Shown here in pieces: positions 1-12,622 of a DNA stretch of 64,000 nt (its first letter is position 1; each line of letters opens with the position of its first letter). The notes under the pieces are model-generated. The model saw only the letters and a program-made list of their open reading frames with translations. It did not search any database and was not told the DNA's origin. The position numbers were made by a program, and so were the translations under genes. This DNA is from the human T2T-CHM13v2.0 reference genome, Homo sapiens. The stretch lies in the NCBI RefSeq assembly GCF_009914755.1, contig NC_060932.1; one strand, given 5' to 3'.

Positions 1-442
1 TTGACTAATAACTATATCACTCAGCAGACAGAAAGCTCCACGGAAACTTTTTTGGTCACCTCTATATCCCCAGCACCTACTACTAGTTTGTGTATGGCAC
101 AAACCAAGGATGCTGCTACAGTTAGAACCATTGAGGTAAAACCAGAAAAATAGAGCCCCTTCCAAGTGAAAAAAAGTGAACATTTATTAGACTTTTTGAA
201 GTTATTAAATTTTTACCTTCATGATAATATATTATAAAGAACACTTTTGACTACAATGTAGTTTGGATGTGTTGTACTTTTTGTTTTGTACTTTTTTCCC
301 TATTTGAGTAGGGAATCAGACAGATATTTAAAATTATTTTACTGAATTGAGTTATTAATACTGTGAATTAAGGTTGTTATCCTCCAGTAGAATTTATTGT
401 ATTTAAGCCTGAAACATACATCATAAATGACTTTGCTACTTT

Positions 443-666
443 GTAGTTGGATACTCCCAGGATTTTCCAGAACAATCCCAAGTTTTTGAGACATATTTTT
501 AAAAACACACTATTTAATGATACCTTTTAGTGCATAATTTAAATGTATCATTAATGTTATACTCTTACATATTTCATATACAACATCATTATAATTTTTT
601 AAAATTCTCTAATCAGTTCATGAGTTCCAATTTTTGTTCTGAAAACGTGAATGTTGGTGAACCCAG
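443..666. mobile_element. possible ancient hAT-type DNA transposon remnant
   Basis: Ends resemble hAT Blackjack/Tip100-like termini (cccaggattttccagaacaatccca ... gttccaatttttg...tggtgaaccc) around an AT-rich core; very diverged. Confidence 0.25.
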
Positions 667-1929
667 ATAACAACATTGTTATTTTTAAATTATCCTACAA
701 AAGTGTTTAAAACCAATGCTTGTATCTAGGGCATTAAGAGATATCCAGAAGTTTGAACATTTCAGAAAATCAATAAAGAATAAAATTGAGAAAAAGACAC
801 TTGGTTTATCAATAAGTTACAGATAACCTCACAGAGAAGAATCTCATGTAAGTATCTGAACAGAAGCAAGAGAGATGGTATAAAGAGAGATGCATGTTAA
901 AGACATTCAGTCACTAAGTGTAAACCTCGGAGTTCAAGATTTTTCGGATGGAAGAGCAAGTTGAGTATTTGACAAACTAGAGTCAAGCAGATAGTTTTAT
1001 TTGAAACAGGAAATTAAAAAAAAATAAAGTGAGGTATTTATAATAACTTTCAGAGTAAGGTCCCAAAGAAGAGAGTAAGGCCTGAGTGGTGGGGTTAGTT
1101 TTATAAAGCAACCATGAATTTGTAGTTCTCAGGAGTTGACCTAACGGTAAACTAGCAGACGTGGAAATGTTCATTTGCTAAGATGAGGGAAAAACTGTGA
1201 TATTTAGCTGCCTTCTGCTTCAAAACTCCCAGATATGGCTTATTATCATCCTGAACTCGTTTATATCTCTCTTTGCTATTTCCACATTTCTTCATGAATG
1301 TGGGACAGAGCAAACTAAGGTTCCAGAAACAAATTGAGGTCCTTCCAAACTAATCCCATTGCATTTGTTATTTCCTCTTCTGAACTCGAATTTATTAGAT
1401 TTGTTTACATGTTTTCTTAAAGAACACCAACCATTAACTTCTTCCTGTTTTTCACCTCCCTCACACATAGTGAGGTTTCTTTCTCCTTTCTTCCCATTTT
1501 AACAGAATATATTTTTTCAAAAGATAATCTCTCCACCACCAGAACTCTGAATCCCATGCCTCACTTCCTTCTTTATTTTTTTTCCTTTTCTATGTATTGT
1601 CAGTATTTCACTGGCTTCTGCTTTGTCCACAAACATAGTAGTCTCTCCAGTCTTCTCACAGGTGCACACATAGGCCATGTGTGCATACATAAAACATGCA
1701 GTTACCCATATTCTTCTGACTGCATGTTCTCTGATAATTCTCCTCAGCTCTTCTCTTTCCTTTCCAGCCAATCTCCCTGAAAGGTTTACATTCTTTGACT
1801 GTACTTCCACAAGTTAATTTATTTGTCAATCACCTATAATATGAATTCTCGATTTATGTCTTAACTAGTACTGCTTTCCATAATTTGATATCATCTTATT
1901 TGTAAAAACTGTTGATCACAATTTGAAAC

Positions 1930-3955
1930 TTCTCATCATTGATCTCAGAGCAACATCTGACTCCATCTCTGCCACAATGCTCTGAAGGCTCTCTCTTCTC
2001 CATGCCTCCTTCCCTGGGTCCTCGGGCTTGTTGCGTAGCATTCTGCTCTCAACCCTTCTCCGTGTGCACCATATTCCTGAACAATATTATCTTTGCTATA
2101 GACTACAGTTATTGCCTCTGCAGAAGGCACTGATAGTAATGGCCCTCCCTAGTGTCTGCTGTAGAACTTCAAGCACAGTCTCCAAAATCTCCCACAAGTT
2201 CTCCCAAGGCAAAATCCCAAACTGGGTTCAGCTTCTCAGTCTCACCTCCCACAGGCAGGTCTCATTCAGTGTTCTTGGCCAGTGAAAATGATATCACTCT
2301 TCTCCTTGCCACATCAAGCCAAAATTCTCAATTCAATTTTTATTGCTTTTTTTCATATTCATCCCCCTACACATATGTTATTGGTCATCAAGTCCCTCTG
2401 ATTCTGCATACTAAATACCTTTAAATATAGTTTTTCCATTCTATGCATTTGATACTTCCAGCACCTACTTATAACTGACATTCTTTGTGAAGTAATTTCT
2501 TTAGTAGTTGCAATGTTTTCAATTCAGACCTTCATCACTTCTTACATAGAATACTTTAATAGCTTCCCAAATAATATTCCTTTTCTCTTAGTGTGATTCC
2601 TCCAAAATGTTCTGCTAGAGAAATCTTTCTAATACAAAATTGTGATCATTTAATTTGCTGTTTATAAGTCTTTACATGATGCACTAGTATTTATTTGTTC
2701 AACATCTTATTGGACATTGTTTTATTCCCCATACAATGGACTGCTATGTAAGTATTAGATAGACTTACAGATTTATATAAACTGAGGTGAAAATAGGTTC
2801 ATGGTATGTTCACAACAAAAAAAGTAGGCCACAAATTATTATATTGACTGTGATTCATTAAAAAAATATTTGGAGATACAGTCTCTGTCATCCAGGTTGG
2901 AGTGTAAAGATACCATTATAGCTCACTGCAGCCTTTAACTTGGGACTCAAGTGATCCTCCCACTTCAGCCTCCTGAGTTGCTGGGAATACAAGCATGCAC
3001 CACCATATCTGGCTATTTTGTTTGTTTGTTTGTTTCATTTTGGAGAAACATGGTCTTACTATGTTACCCAGGTTGCTTTCAAACTCCTGGCCTCAAGTGA
3101 TTCTTCTGTCTCATCCTTCCAAGTCATTGGGATTACAGGCATGAGTCACTGCACCTGGCTTGACTCGTTTTTAAAATAAAAAACATATGATATGTAAACT
3201 GTGAGAAATAAATCATCTAGCTCATTTAACTTTTCATCTATCTACATGACTTACTCATAATACTTTTATCGTCAGTTATTGTTTTTTAAAATGTATTTAT
3301 TTTGCATTATTTGAATTTTAGAGAATACATGTTTTATATTCATGAAAATCATAAAGATTATTGTAATATCCTTAAAGCATTTGAATACATTTCTTGAGAG
3401 TCCACTTTCTGGGGCATTCAATGTCCTTCAAGATCTGGCCTATATCAAAATCCCAGCTACATACTTGCCATTCCTCCTCTAAACAATATCTAACCAAATT
3501 TCTATCTATGGCAGGATCTTCAATGGATTTGCACATCCCTTTGTTTATCAGACACCTACTTTGTCATCCAAGCAAGAAATCACAAAGAAATGCAAGGATC
3601 CATTTTCCATCCCTACCAATACCCAATTGCTCACCAAACCCTACTGATGCTACATTCTAAATATTTTTAAAATTAGTCCACTTTGTAATAATAGTTCCTA
3701 ACTTTAGCTCTGCTATGTAGTGATTCTTGCCCTCTGTCCAATACAGTTATAGGTTTTTGTGTTTGTTCCCATAAATTTCTGTTTTCCTTGTCATATCACC
3801 TATCACATAGTCTCTTGTTTTGGTTTTTGTTTGTTTGTTTCTCTTTCACTAAATACAAGAAATTTAACACCGCTTTCTGCACCTGACATAGGATTAAAAT
3901 TCATCATGGTGCCTAATACATGGAAGGCATTTAATCATCATTTGTGGAGTATACT
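1930..3955 (+). mobile_element. fragmented L2 LINE 3' region, interrupted by AluJ
   Basis: L2-like motifs (cagaccttcatcacttctt...ctttaatagcttcc; ctgctagagaaatctttctaa; ttcaatgtccttcaagatctggcc) ending in an L2-type terminus atggtgcctaatacatggaaggcatttaatcatcatttgtgga. Confidence 0.55.
2868..3160 (-). mobile_element. AluJ SINE
   Basis: Dimeric Alu reverse complement with J-type motifs (atagctcactgcagcc, tcaagtgatcctcccac, gggattacaggcatgag). Confidence 0.93.
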
Positions 3956-4361
3956 AATAAAAGACACAGTGCTGGGCAAATGGGCATATGACAATTGTTT
4001 ATGGTAATTAGATTGGCTGAATTTTCTAATAATGCCTTTTGTTTTAAGAAAATTCATGATGTTTAATAATTATAATGCCTATAAACCTGTGCTTATTTAA
4101 AATCTATTGGCAAAAAAAGAAAACATCTGTTATTTTTGCTTCATGTAGAGTTAAAAGGGAACAGAAAGAAAGTCATTGGATAAGACGAAGAGTGATTGAA
4201 AAGAAATTTAGCTGCTTCTGCTGAGCGAAAGGATAGAGTAAGCAACTCAAGTATTAGCCACTTAGTGAAAATGATGCCAGAGGTAGTGGAGTTGGGGAGA
4301 GATTGAAATTAATATATATAAATGAATTATATATATCAATCAATATTTATATATAAAATTA

Positions 4362-4373
4362 AGATAGATAGAT

Positions 4374-4420
<47 letters not shown>
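4362..4420. repeat. (GATA)n tetranucleotide microsatellite
   Basis: About 14 GATA units with one GAT interruption. Confidence 0.97.
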
Positions 4421-4789
4421 CTCAGGAGGGGAAGAGTAGATACAAAGGAATCCCTATGGAAATTTCTCTGTCTCTCTTATTAGCTTCCACCAATTTGTAT
4501 CTGTAGTTTCCAAGTTAATATAGATCCTGTGACTTAATACATCAAACAAAATTTCCATTTTTAGGTTGAATTCTATAATAAAAAATGCATGTTCATCTCA
4601 ATAACAAAATCAAATAAACTGACCACAAAAGTAAACGAAGAACATTGTCAGTAGGATGAATATGGAGTTTTAAATAAGAGGGAGAGGACTAGCATTCTAC
4701 CTCATGCTGGTAGAGGCTAGAAAGTGTCTAGCAGATCAGAGTGATACTCAGAGAGAGTGGGGTATATAAGGGATAGTAGGGCAAACATA

Positions 4790-4900
4790 TGCATTCATTC
4801 ATTTTTGCATCAAATCCCTCTTATGTACTGCACTGTGTTAAGCCCAGGTCATCTAGCAGTGAATCAAAGACATAAGATTCCTATCCCTTATGAGGTCTAC
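4790..4900 (-). mobile_element. L2 3' end fragment
   Basis: cattcattcatt...gcactgtgttaagcccagg...cagtgaatcaaagaca matches the reverse L2 terminus. Confidence 0.5.
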
Positions 4901-5022
4901 AGGAATAAAGAACTGAAATGTGTTTGGCCAGGAGCAGTGTGATCTTTTTGAAGTTTATAAGCTCCATATATTGGTAACTTAAAAATTTGCCTATACCTAT
5001 TTTTTGACAATATGGAAAACAT

Positions 5023-5370
5023 CAGCTGGGCACAGCTGTGGCTCATACCTGTAATCCCAGAGCTTTCAGAGGCTCAGGTGGAAACTGAGGTGAGAAGATG
5101 GCTTGAGTTCAGGAGTTTGAGACCAGGGTGAGTAACAAAGCAGGACCTCACCTCTACCAAAAAAAAACAAAACAAAAAGAAGAAGAACAAGAAGAAAATA
5201 TTAGCCGGGCATGAGGAATGGTAATACACACCTGACACTTGTAGTCCTAGCTACTTGGGAGACTGGGAGTGGGAGGATCCTTTGAACTCAGGAGTTGAAG
5301 GCTGAAGTGAGCTATGTTCACACTACTTCACTCCAGCCTAGGCAATAGAGCGAGATCCTATCTCTAGGAA
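5023..5370 (+). mobile_element. AluJ SINE with small internal insertions
   Basis: gctgggcaca...ggctcatacctgtaatcccag...gagttcaggagtttgagacc; A-rich linker; right arm ggctgaagtgagctatg...ctccagcctaggcaatagagcgagatcc. Confidence 0.92.
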
Positions 5371-5554
5371 ATTAATACTAAAAATTTAAAAAATATATAT
5401 GAAAAACGTTGATCCTATAAATGCATATAACCAGTGTGACTTAGAAAATGATATTATGTCAATTATATTGATAGATATATTAAAATAAAATAATAAATTA
5501 ATGGAGAAATTTAGATTGAAAAATAATGTGCATAGTGTGGTCTAATTTTAATAG

Positions 5555-5662
5555 CAATTATAAAATTGTATAACATGTGCATATAATAAATTATATTATT
5601 ATTATAAAAATGTATATTTTTATAAAATATACAATTATAAAAATGTATAACATGTGCATATA
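5555..5662. repeat. AT-rich direct repeat (~31 bp, two copies)
   Basis: caattataaaattgtataacatgtgcatata near 5555 and caattataaaaatgtataacatgtgcatata near 5632. Confidence 0.8.
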
Positions 5663-5870
5663 ATGTACATATATACTATACATGTCTAAAATCAATTAGA
5701 ATAAATAACATAAAAATTATATTATGGTATGTATATTATAAATAATATATGCATGTAGTTATACTGAAGGAGAAATGTAGAAAATATACCCCAAAATGTT
5801 AGCAATAGATGGTATTTTTTATTTTCATCCCTTTGTGGTATATCTATCATCTCTGATTTAAAAAAAAAAA

Positions 5871-6160
5871 TTTTGAGACAGTGCCTTACCCTGTGTCCCA
5901 GGCTAGAGTGCAGTGGTACATTCAAGGTTCACTGTAGCCTCAACCATCTGGGCTCAAGCAAACGTCCTACTTCAGCATTCCCCAGCTGGGACTACAGGTA
6001 TATGTCACCATGCCAGGCTAATTTTCTGATTTTTATTTTGTCAAGACAAGGATCTTACTATGTTGCCCAGGCTGGTCTCAAACTCCTGACCTCAGCCTAT
6101 ACTAGTGCTTTGGCCTCTCAAAGTGCCAGAATTACAAAGTCTGAGCCATCACTTCCAGAC
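5871..6160 (-). mobile_element. AluJ SINE
   Basis: ttttgagacag...ccaggctagagtgcagtgg...gggctcaagc...gttgcccaggctggtctcaaactcctg; explains ORF 5873..6178. Confidence 0.92.
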
Positions 6161-6946
6161 TCTCTGATTCATTTTTAAAGGAAAATATCTTCTTTGTACA
6201 GTAAAATAATTGGAAAAATAAATTGGAAGATAATCAAATAGTTTTTGATAGATATTGGGTATAATGTATTTATGGAAAATTGTCTTGCCTCAGAATAGTT
6301 ACAGACTTCTATAATCAATTCATACTAGGATTCTACATTTATTTTTTATAATGTTGCTGAGAGTAATATATTCATAGAGTTTGGGGAAAATCTGATTCAT
6401 TGGCTTTCGTTTAATGTAAGTTGTAACACCTGGTTCTTCCTTGTTTACAAACCACATAATTTTTAAACTTTTCCCATTATGACACACGTATAGAATACCA
6501 ATATTATATCTAAAATTTGTTCGTAAGGCTACTATAAGGAAGACATGAGGAAATTCCAAAAGAACTTTGAGTTATTGAGAAAGAACTGGCTATATAAGTT
6601 CAAAGTGTTTCTTCTTATATTAGGTGGATTTAAAAGAGGAAAATATGTGTCTGGAACACTTTCTTGAAAAATTGTTCAAATGTCTTGGGTTTGGCAAAGT
6701 TGAAACTGCATTTTCCCATTCCTTTTTTGTGCTCATAATTTACAAAACCATGTATACTTCAAGAGAAATTTAATCCATATGTTCTGATTCATTTGCACTT
6801 AACTTGTCATATTATTGTTCATGAAAGTCATCTCATGCCTAGGAAAGTTTGTGAGAATCTTTTAAATAATTCTCTTTCCTTCCTGTTCTAAGAAGCTGCA
6901 TTTTATCGTTAGTTAGTAAACTGTAATCCCCAAAAGATCATAAACC

Positions 6947-6996
6947 CATAAAATTCATAACATTTCATAAAATTCATAAAAATTCATAAATTTCAA
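6947..6996. repeat. degenerate (CATAAAATT)n minisatellite
   Basis: cataaaattcataacatttcataaaattcataaaaattcataaatttca. Confidence 0.8.
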
Positions 6997-9827
6997 GTTT
7001 CATACTCAGCCAAAATTTTCGCTCTTATTTATTTATATGTGTTAGTAGTAAAGCTAATAGTATTCAGCTAAAGACCAAGTGACACAACTATACGGCCTTT
7101 GGTGTTTTAAAAATCAGCTCTTATGCATAATTTGAACAGATTTTGTATTTAATAATTATGTTTCTCCAAATAAGAAGCATGATGTGTCCATTGATGAAAT
7201 ATTATACCTACAAAGACAAATTGAAGAGCAGATGCTAGATTTATGAGAACCTTTGTCAGCTGTCATTCTTTGGAACTGAAAGGAAGCCATCAATAATGAG
7301 TCTTACACAAAGAGAGACTACCAAGACTCAAAGAATAACACTTTCTAAAAGTCATAATTGCTCATGCTATACAAGATTTTTTTTCTATGTCTCTCAGAGA
7401 GGATGAAATCATGTGTCAAGAAGAATCTTAAAAGGTTTTAAAAATCTAATTGCATAGAAGATACAGGTATTTGAATACTGATGTGAGAACATTTCAAATA
7501 TATTTTTAAAAATTTTTAAATAAATTGTTAAAAACTACATACAGTCATTTTTTTACCAGTGCTTCTAAGTATTCTTCCAGCTACATAACACAAGACTTGT
7601 GCATTGTGGCTGAACAATCCCCAGTACCCCAGGTATTTCAAGGACACATTAAGAATGCTAATGTAAAAAACAGAATGTACTGCACACTGTTTAGGAGATT
7701 GAGATGCCATTAAAAACTCCCCAGGAAGAATGAACTAAGGTCCAGTGTAAGGCTAAGATTGTGAAAGCTCAAGTTCTAAAACAAACTTAAAATTTCAGCC
7801 CATGTCTATTTAAATTGATGTTAGAAGACCTATCCCTTGGGAAAATGGATGCCTGTGTTTGCTGTGCTGTGAACTATTTTAGAGCAGAAAGATTGTATAT
7901 TCTCCAATGAATGTTTCTGTGCACATCTGGATATATGCAGAAAACTAATGTAATTAATGGTCTATGTAAAACAAATTACTGTATTTGAAATCTCGCTCTT
8001 TGATTCTGGGTGAGTAAGTTTGTGGTTACAAAATTAGTGCCTCAATAAGGCATGCATACATGCACAAACACACATTTCATTCCACAAACCACCAACTCCA
8101 GTAATGAGTGAGGAATTTAGACCCTTGGACCAGATTGATGCTGTTAATTAATTTCATCTGCCTGAGATACGTGTTTCTAAAGAGAGAAACTAATCATGTG
8201 GCATTTGAATATATTTTCAAAATATTGTAGTAATTAGAAATTACAAGAAATATAGCATTACTACATATTTTATCATTTATATAAATGAGTTAGTTTAATG
8301 GATAGAATATTCTCTCACCTAGCAAATTAATCTTCAGGTAAGTTTGTATGACCAGAATTTATTCAGTCCATTTAACATCTATCTATCTAGCTAGCTAACT
8401 ATCCATCCCTATTTTTTTTTTTTAATACCAAAGTATCATTGGACTTCAGAGTGGTAATGGGACAGGATTCATGTACAAACCAAGCAAACCTAATCTTGGT
8501 ATTATGTTGGTAATTCATTCTCTGAGCGCTCCAGTTGAGACATGTTTGGAACATTGAATGCTTAGACAAATCTACAACTGTCTTGTTCTGAAAGACAAAG
8601 AAGAACTTTATAGAGGAGAGGTCATTAACCTGAGTGTGGTGATTTTATCTCACTCTTTGGGTCATTGGTTCTGTAATAGAAAAACGATGACTTACTCCTT
8701 CATAGGGGATTGTTATGAGCCAGCTCACTGGGTCTCTACATTTGCTTCACCCTTGGAATATGGCTTAGTTCTTACTACACAATTCTAGAAAGGAATTACA
8801 GTAAGGAAATTTTCATTATCTGGGCCTTGGGGACGGAAAAGAATCCAAAACTCATGTTGAACTAACTTATACATCCATTTCTCTCCTAGAACACCTAAGA
8901 TATAGAAATCTCTCCATTTTCCAGAAGATTTCCCAAGTACAAAAAATATTTACCCCAGCCTTTTTTTTTTGCCAAAATATATGTTTTTCTATGTCTAAAA
9001 CACTGTCTCTAAAGCATGATGCCTCATAGGTAGATGCCTGTATTTTCTGCAAAATGTGAAAATTTCTTCTCATTCAAGGTTTGTATTTACAGGGCTTCAT
9101 TGAAAAATACCGTTTTGGACATGACAATGACTAGAGTACTAATACATAATTATAATACCTATTATGGATTGTTTGCAACTGTGTTCATTAATTATTCTTT
9201 TACATCAATATAATCATTAGTCTAAAATGCATATGAAGTATTCTTTAATGCATCATTTTCTCTTTTGGTCCGCAACTCAAGTTCATGAATATTTTCTTTG
9301 TGGAAATTATCACGCTGGCTTACAGATAGTTATTTGGGCATCTTTTATTAACTAGTTACAGTGTGAGGATGAGTGTGTTATTCTTCTCACCTCTGCCAAT
9401 GCTTGGTAAAGGGCATGACACATGTGAGCACTCACTCAATCTTTGTGGAACTAGTGCATTAACACATGTCCTAAATTTCACCTAAAACTGGTGTTAACAC
9501 TCATTGAATTCCTGCTCATCACCTTTTCTGAAAATAAAAGTATACACTCAAAATTAGTGACATCCTGCAAGAAGAAAGTCTGTGGTTTCCACATTTTGTT
9601 TTAACAGTTTAAAATTTAAGTGACTACCTAATGTTTGAACTCAAGTTTAACATACCTAAAAATCTATCAGTAAATTTCATCTACTTTACTTATCATCTTT
9701 GCACAGTGGTTGGATGGGTTTTGATACTCTGTTGTAATAGTAGATGGGATAAAGACAGAGTCTTGCTATTAATTTGGATTAGCCAGACTTATGGTAACTT
9801 AAGCCATCACGTTGAAACATATTTAAA

Positions 9828-11221
9828 CTGGTTCTAGATCCTTGAGGAGTCGCCACACTGACTTCTACAATGGCTGAACTAATTTTAACTCCCACCAACA
9901 GTGTAAAAGCGTTCCTATTTCTCCACATCCTCTCCAGGATCTATTGTTTCCTGACATTTTAATGAATGCCATTCTAACTAGCCTGAGATGGTATCTTATC
10001 GTGGTTTTGATTTGCATTTCTCTAATGACCAGTGATGATGAGCTTTTTTTATATGATTGTTGGCCACATAAATGTCTTCTTTTAAGAAGTGTCTGTTCAT
10101 ATACTTTGCCCACTTTTTGATGGGGTTGTTTGCTTTTTTCTTGTAAAACTGTTTAAGTTCCTTGTAGATTCTGGATATTAGCCCTTTGTCAGATGGATAA
10201 ATTGCCAAAATTTTTTCCTATTCTGTAGGTTGCCTTTCACTCTGATGATAGTTTCTTTTGCTGTGCAGAAGCTCTTTAGTTTAATTTGATCCCATTTGTT
10301 AATTTTGGCTTTTGTTGCCATTGCTTTTGGTGTTTTTGTCATGATGCCTTTGCCCATGCCTATTGACCCAGCAATCTCATTACTGGGTATATACCCAAAG
10401 GATTGTAAATCATTCTACTATAAAGACACATGCACACTTATGTTTATTGCAGCACTATTCACAATAGCAAAGATTTGGAACCAACCCAAATGCCCATCAG
10501 TGATAGACTGGATAAAGAAAATATGGCACATGTAGATCATGGAATACTATGCCGCCATAAAAAAGGATGAGTTCAGCCAGGTACAGTGGCTCACGCCTGT
10601 AATTCCAGCACTTTGGGAGGCTGAGGTGGGCAGATCATGAGGTCAGGAGATCGGAGATCGAGACCACCTGGCCAACATGGTGAAACCCCATCTCTACTAA
10701 AAATACAAAAATTATCTGGGTGTGGTGGCACATGCCTGTAAACCCAGCTACTCGGGAAGCTGAGGCAGGAGAATTGCTTCAACCAGGGAGTTGGAGGTTG
10801 CAGTGAGCCAAGATCGCGCAACTGCCCTCCAGCCTGGTGACTGAATGAGACTCCGTCTCAAAAAACAAAAAAACACAAACAAAAACAAAAAAAGGATGAG
10901 TTCATATCCTTTGCAGGGACATGGATGAACCTGTAAACCATCATTCTCAGCAAACTAACACAGGAAGAGAAAACCAAACATTGCATGCTCTCACTTATAA
11001 GTAGGCATTGAACAATGAGAACACGTGAACACAGGGAGGGAAACATCACACACTGGGGCCTATGCGGGGGTGTAGGGCTAGGGGAGGAGTAGCATTAGGA
11101 GAAATACCTACTGTAGATGATGGTTTGATGGGTGCAGTAAACCACCATGGCACGTGTATACCTATGTAACAAACCTGCATGTCCTGCCCATGTATCCCAG
11201 AACTTAAAGTATAATAAAAAA
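9828..11221 (+). mobile_element. 5'-inverted, truncated L1PA7/8-like LINE-1
   Basis: 9828-10363 is antisense ORF2 sequence; 10363-11221 is the sense ORF2 end plus 3'UTR ending cccagaacttaaagtataataaaaaaa; ORFs 9865..10113, 9996..10208 and 10296..10535 are ORF2 peptides. Confidence 0.93.
10576..10887 (+). mobile_element. AluSc-like SINE inserted into the L1 3' end
   Basis: Diagnostic gatcatgaggtc, agatcgagacc and cctggtgac; 17-bp TSD AAAAAAGGATGAGTTCA at 10559-10575 and 10888-10904; internal GGAGATC duplication. Confidence 0.95.
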
Positions 11222-12044
11222 ATATATGTATTTTAACTTTGCACTTGGGTATGTGTATATGTATGTACATGGGAAGAAATTGTGCCTACTACACAATTGC
11301 ACACATAATTTGAGTTCTGTGATTTCAGTATAAATTACAGGGGTATGACAGTGTAAGAATATTTATGGTTAACAGCTTTTGTTGATATTTTTTTCTGCCA
11401 GAAGAAGTTTTCTTGTTCAAATTCATTTCTTGTGAAGAATAGGGTTATAAATGTAAAGGCCGTGGCAGGGAAATTGAGTTAATGATGAAATAAGGTTAGA
11501 GAGAAATAAGGCTTAGAGAAAAATTGGCAGTAGGTCTTTTTGAAAAACAGGGTTGTACGTTTATTTTTTAATCAATAGAGATAATAAAGGGAAGTTTTTT
11601 ACAATAATTTGATGAATTTGGAATTTTGAAAATGTTACTGAAAACAAGCATCTGTCTTTTAATTTGTTTTTATATTTCTGTCAGATTTATCAGACTTGCC
11701 ATTATTATTCAGTATTTACTATAGAAAGATGTTCATATTTAAGATCCGGTATATTAGTTTTATCTCTTGCCTCTGAGACAGCCTGCACAGATAGTAAACT
11801 AAAAAAAAAAAATTAACAATATAGGCAATTTTAAAAGTAAAAGAAATAAAGCAAATGCATGTTGGGAAAAAAAGACTCTACTAAAACCAGATATCATTTA
11901 AATCCCCCATTTACTAATAGCTTATAACTAGTTTTATTGAGTTCAAATAATATCTGGAAAGGGTTGTAGGACTCTCAATACCCACTAAAGTTTCAGGGCA
12001 GTGCCAGATAATTATAGAAGGTACTGAAGCAAAATCTGAATGCT

Positions 12045-12150
12045 GATCTTTGAATGCAAGGATTTCTTTTCTGTTTACTTTTACATTCCATGTGTGTAGA
12101 ACAGTGCTTGGTAGACAATAGCACCCCCAAAAACATACTTCTTGATTGAT
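12045..12150 (+). mobile_element. L2 3' terminal fragment
   Basis: tgaatgcaagga...tagaacagtgcttgg...ttgattgat. Confidence 0.45.
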
Positions 12151-12407
12151 AGGTTCCACACTGTGTTACAGCTAAAATGGGCTTGACCATTAGCTATTGC
12201 AACAATATTGAGAATCTATTTACTCTTATAGGTTTCTGTAAATAAGAGTCATTCTAATTTCTTGCAGGGTCAAGATAAGTACAATTAATGTTATACAATA
12301 AATGTTTTGCTTCTCTTTTGTTACTGCTTTGGTACTTTCCATAGACGACAGAAAATATCCCAGGAATATGAAAGGTCTGTAGAGATGATAATGAGTGCTC
12401 TCTAGAA

Positions 12408-12622
12408 TAACACTGCCCAATAGCAATTTCTGTTTTAATGGAAATGTTCTATATGTTTTTTGACCCAATACTGTAGTCACTAGCCACTTGCAGATACTGA
12501 GTTCTTGAAATGTGGCCAGTGACACTGAGACATTATATTTTTAATGTTATTTAATTAAAATCAATTTAAACTTAAATTTAAATACTTGTACATGTCTGTG
12601 GTTGCTATATCAGACAGAACAG
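12408..12622 (+). mobile_element. MER3-like hAT-Charlie MITE
   Basis: ctgcccaatag...atggaaatgttctat...tagccact...cttgaaatgtggccagtg...cagacagaacag; partial 8-bp TSD ctctagaa/ctctcaaa. Confidence 0.85.

Noticed and set aside
6300-6900. Possible decayed coding or repeat remnant on the - strand (e.g. LSANESEHMD*)
   Set aside because: Frequent stops and no family I can name; needs a Dfam/BLASTX search
7398-7466. Weak + strand exon candidate (similar ones near 31417 and 53135)
   Set aside because: Donors are weak; such pairs occur often by chance
10296-10535. Chimeric 79-aa ORF
   Set aside because: Read-through across the L1 inversion junction; no support for expression
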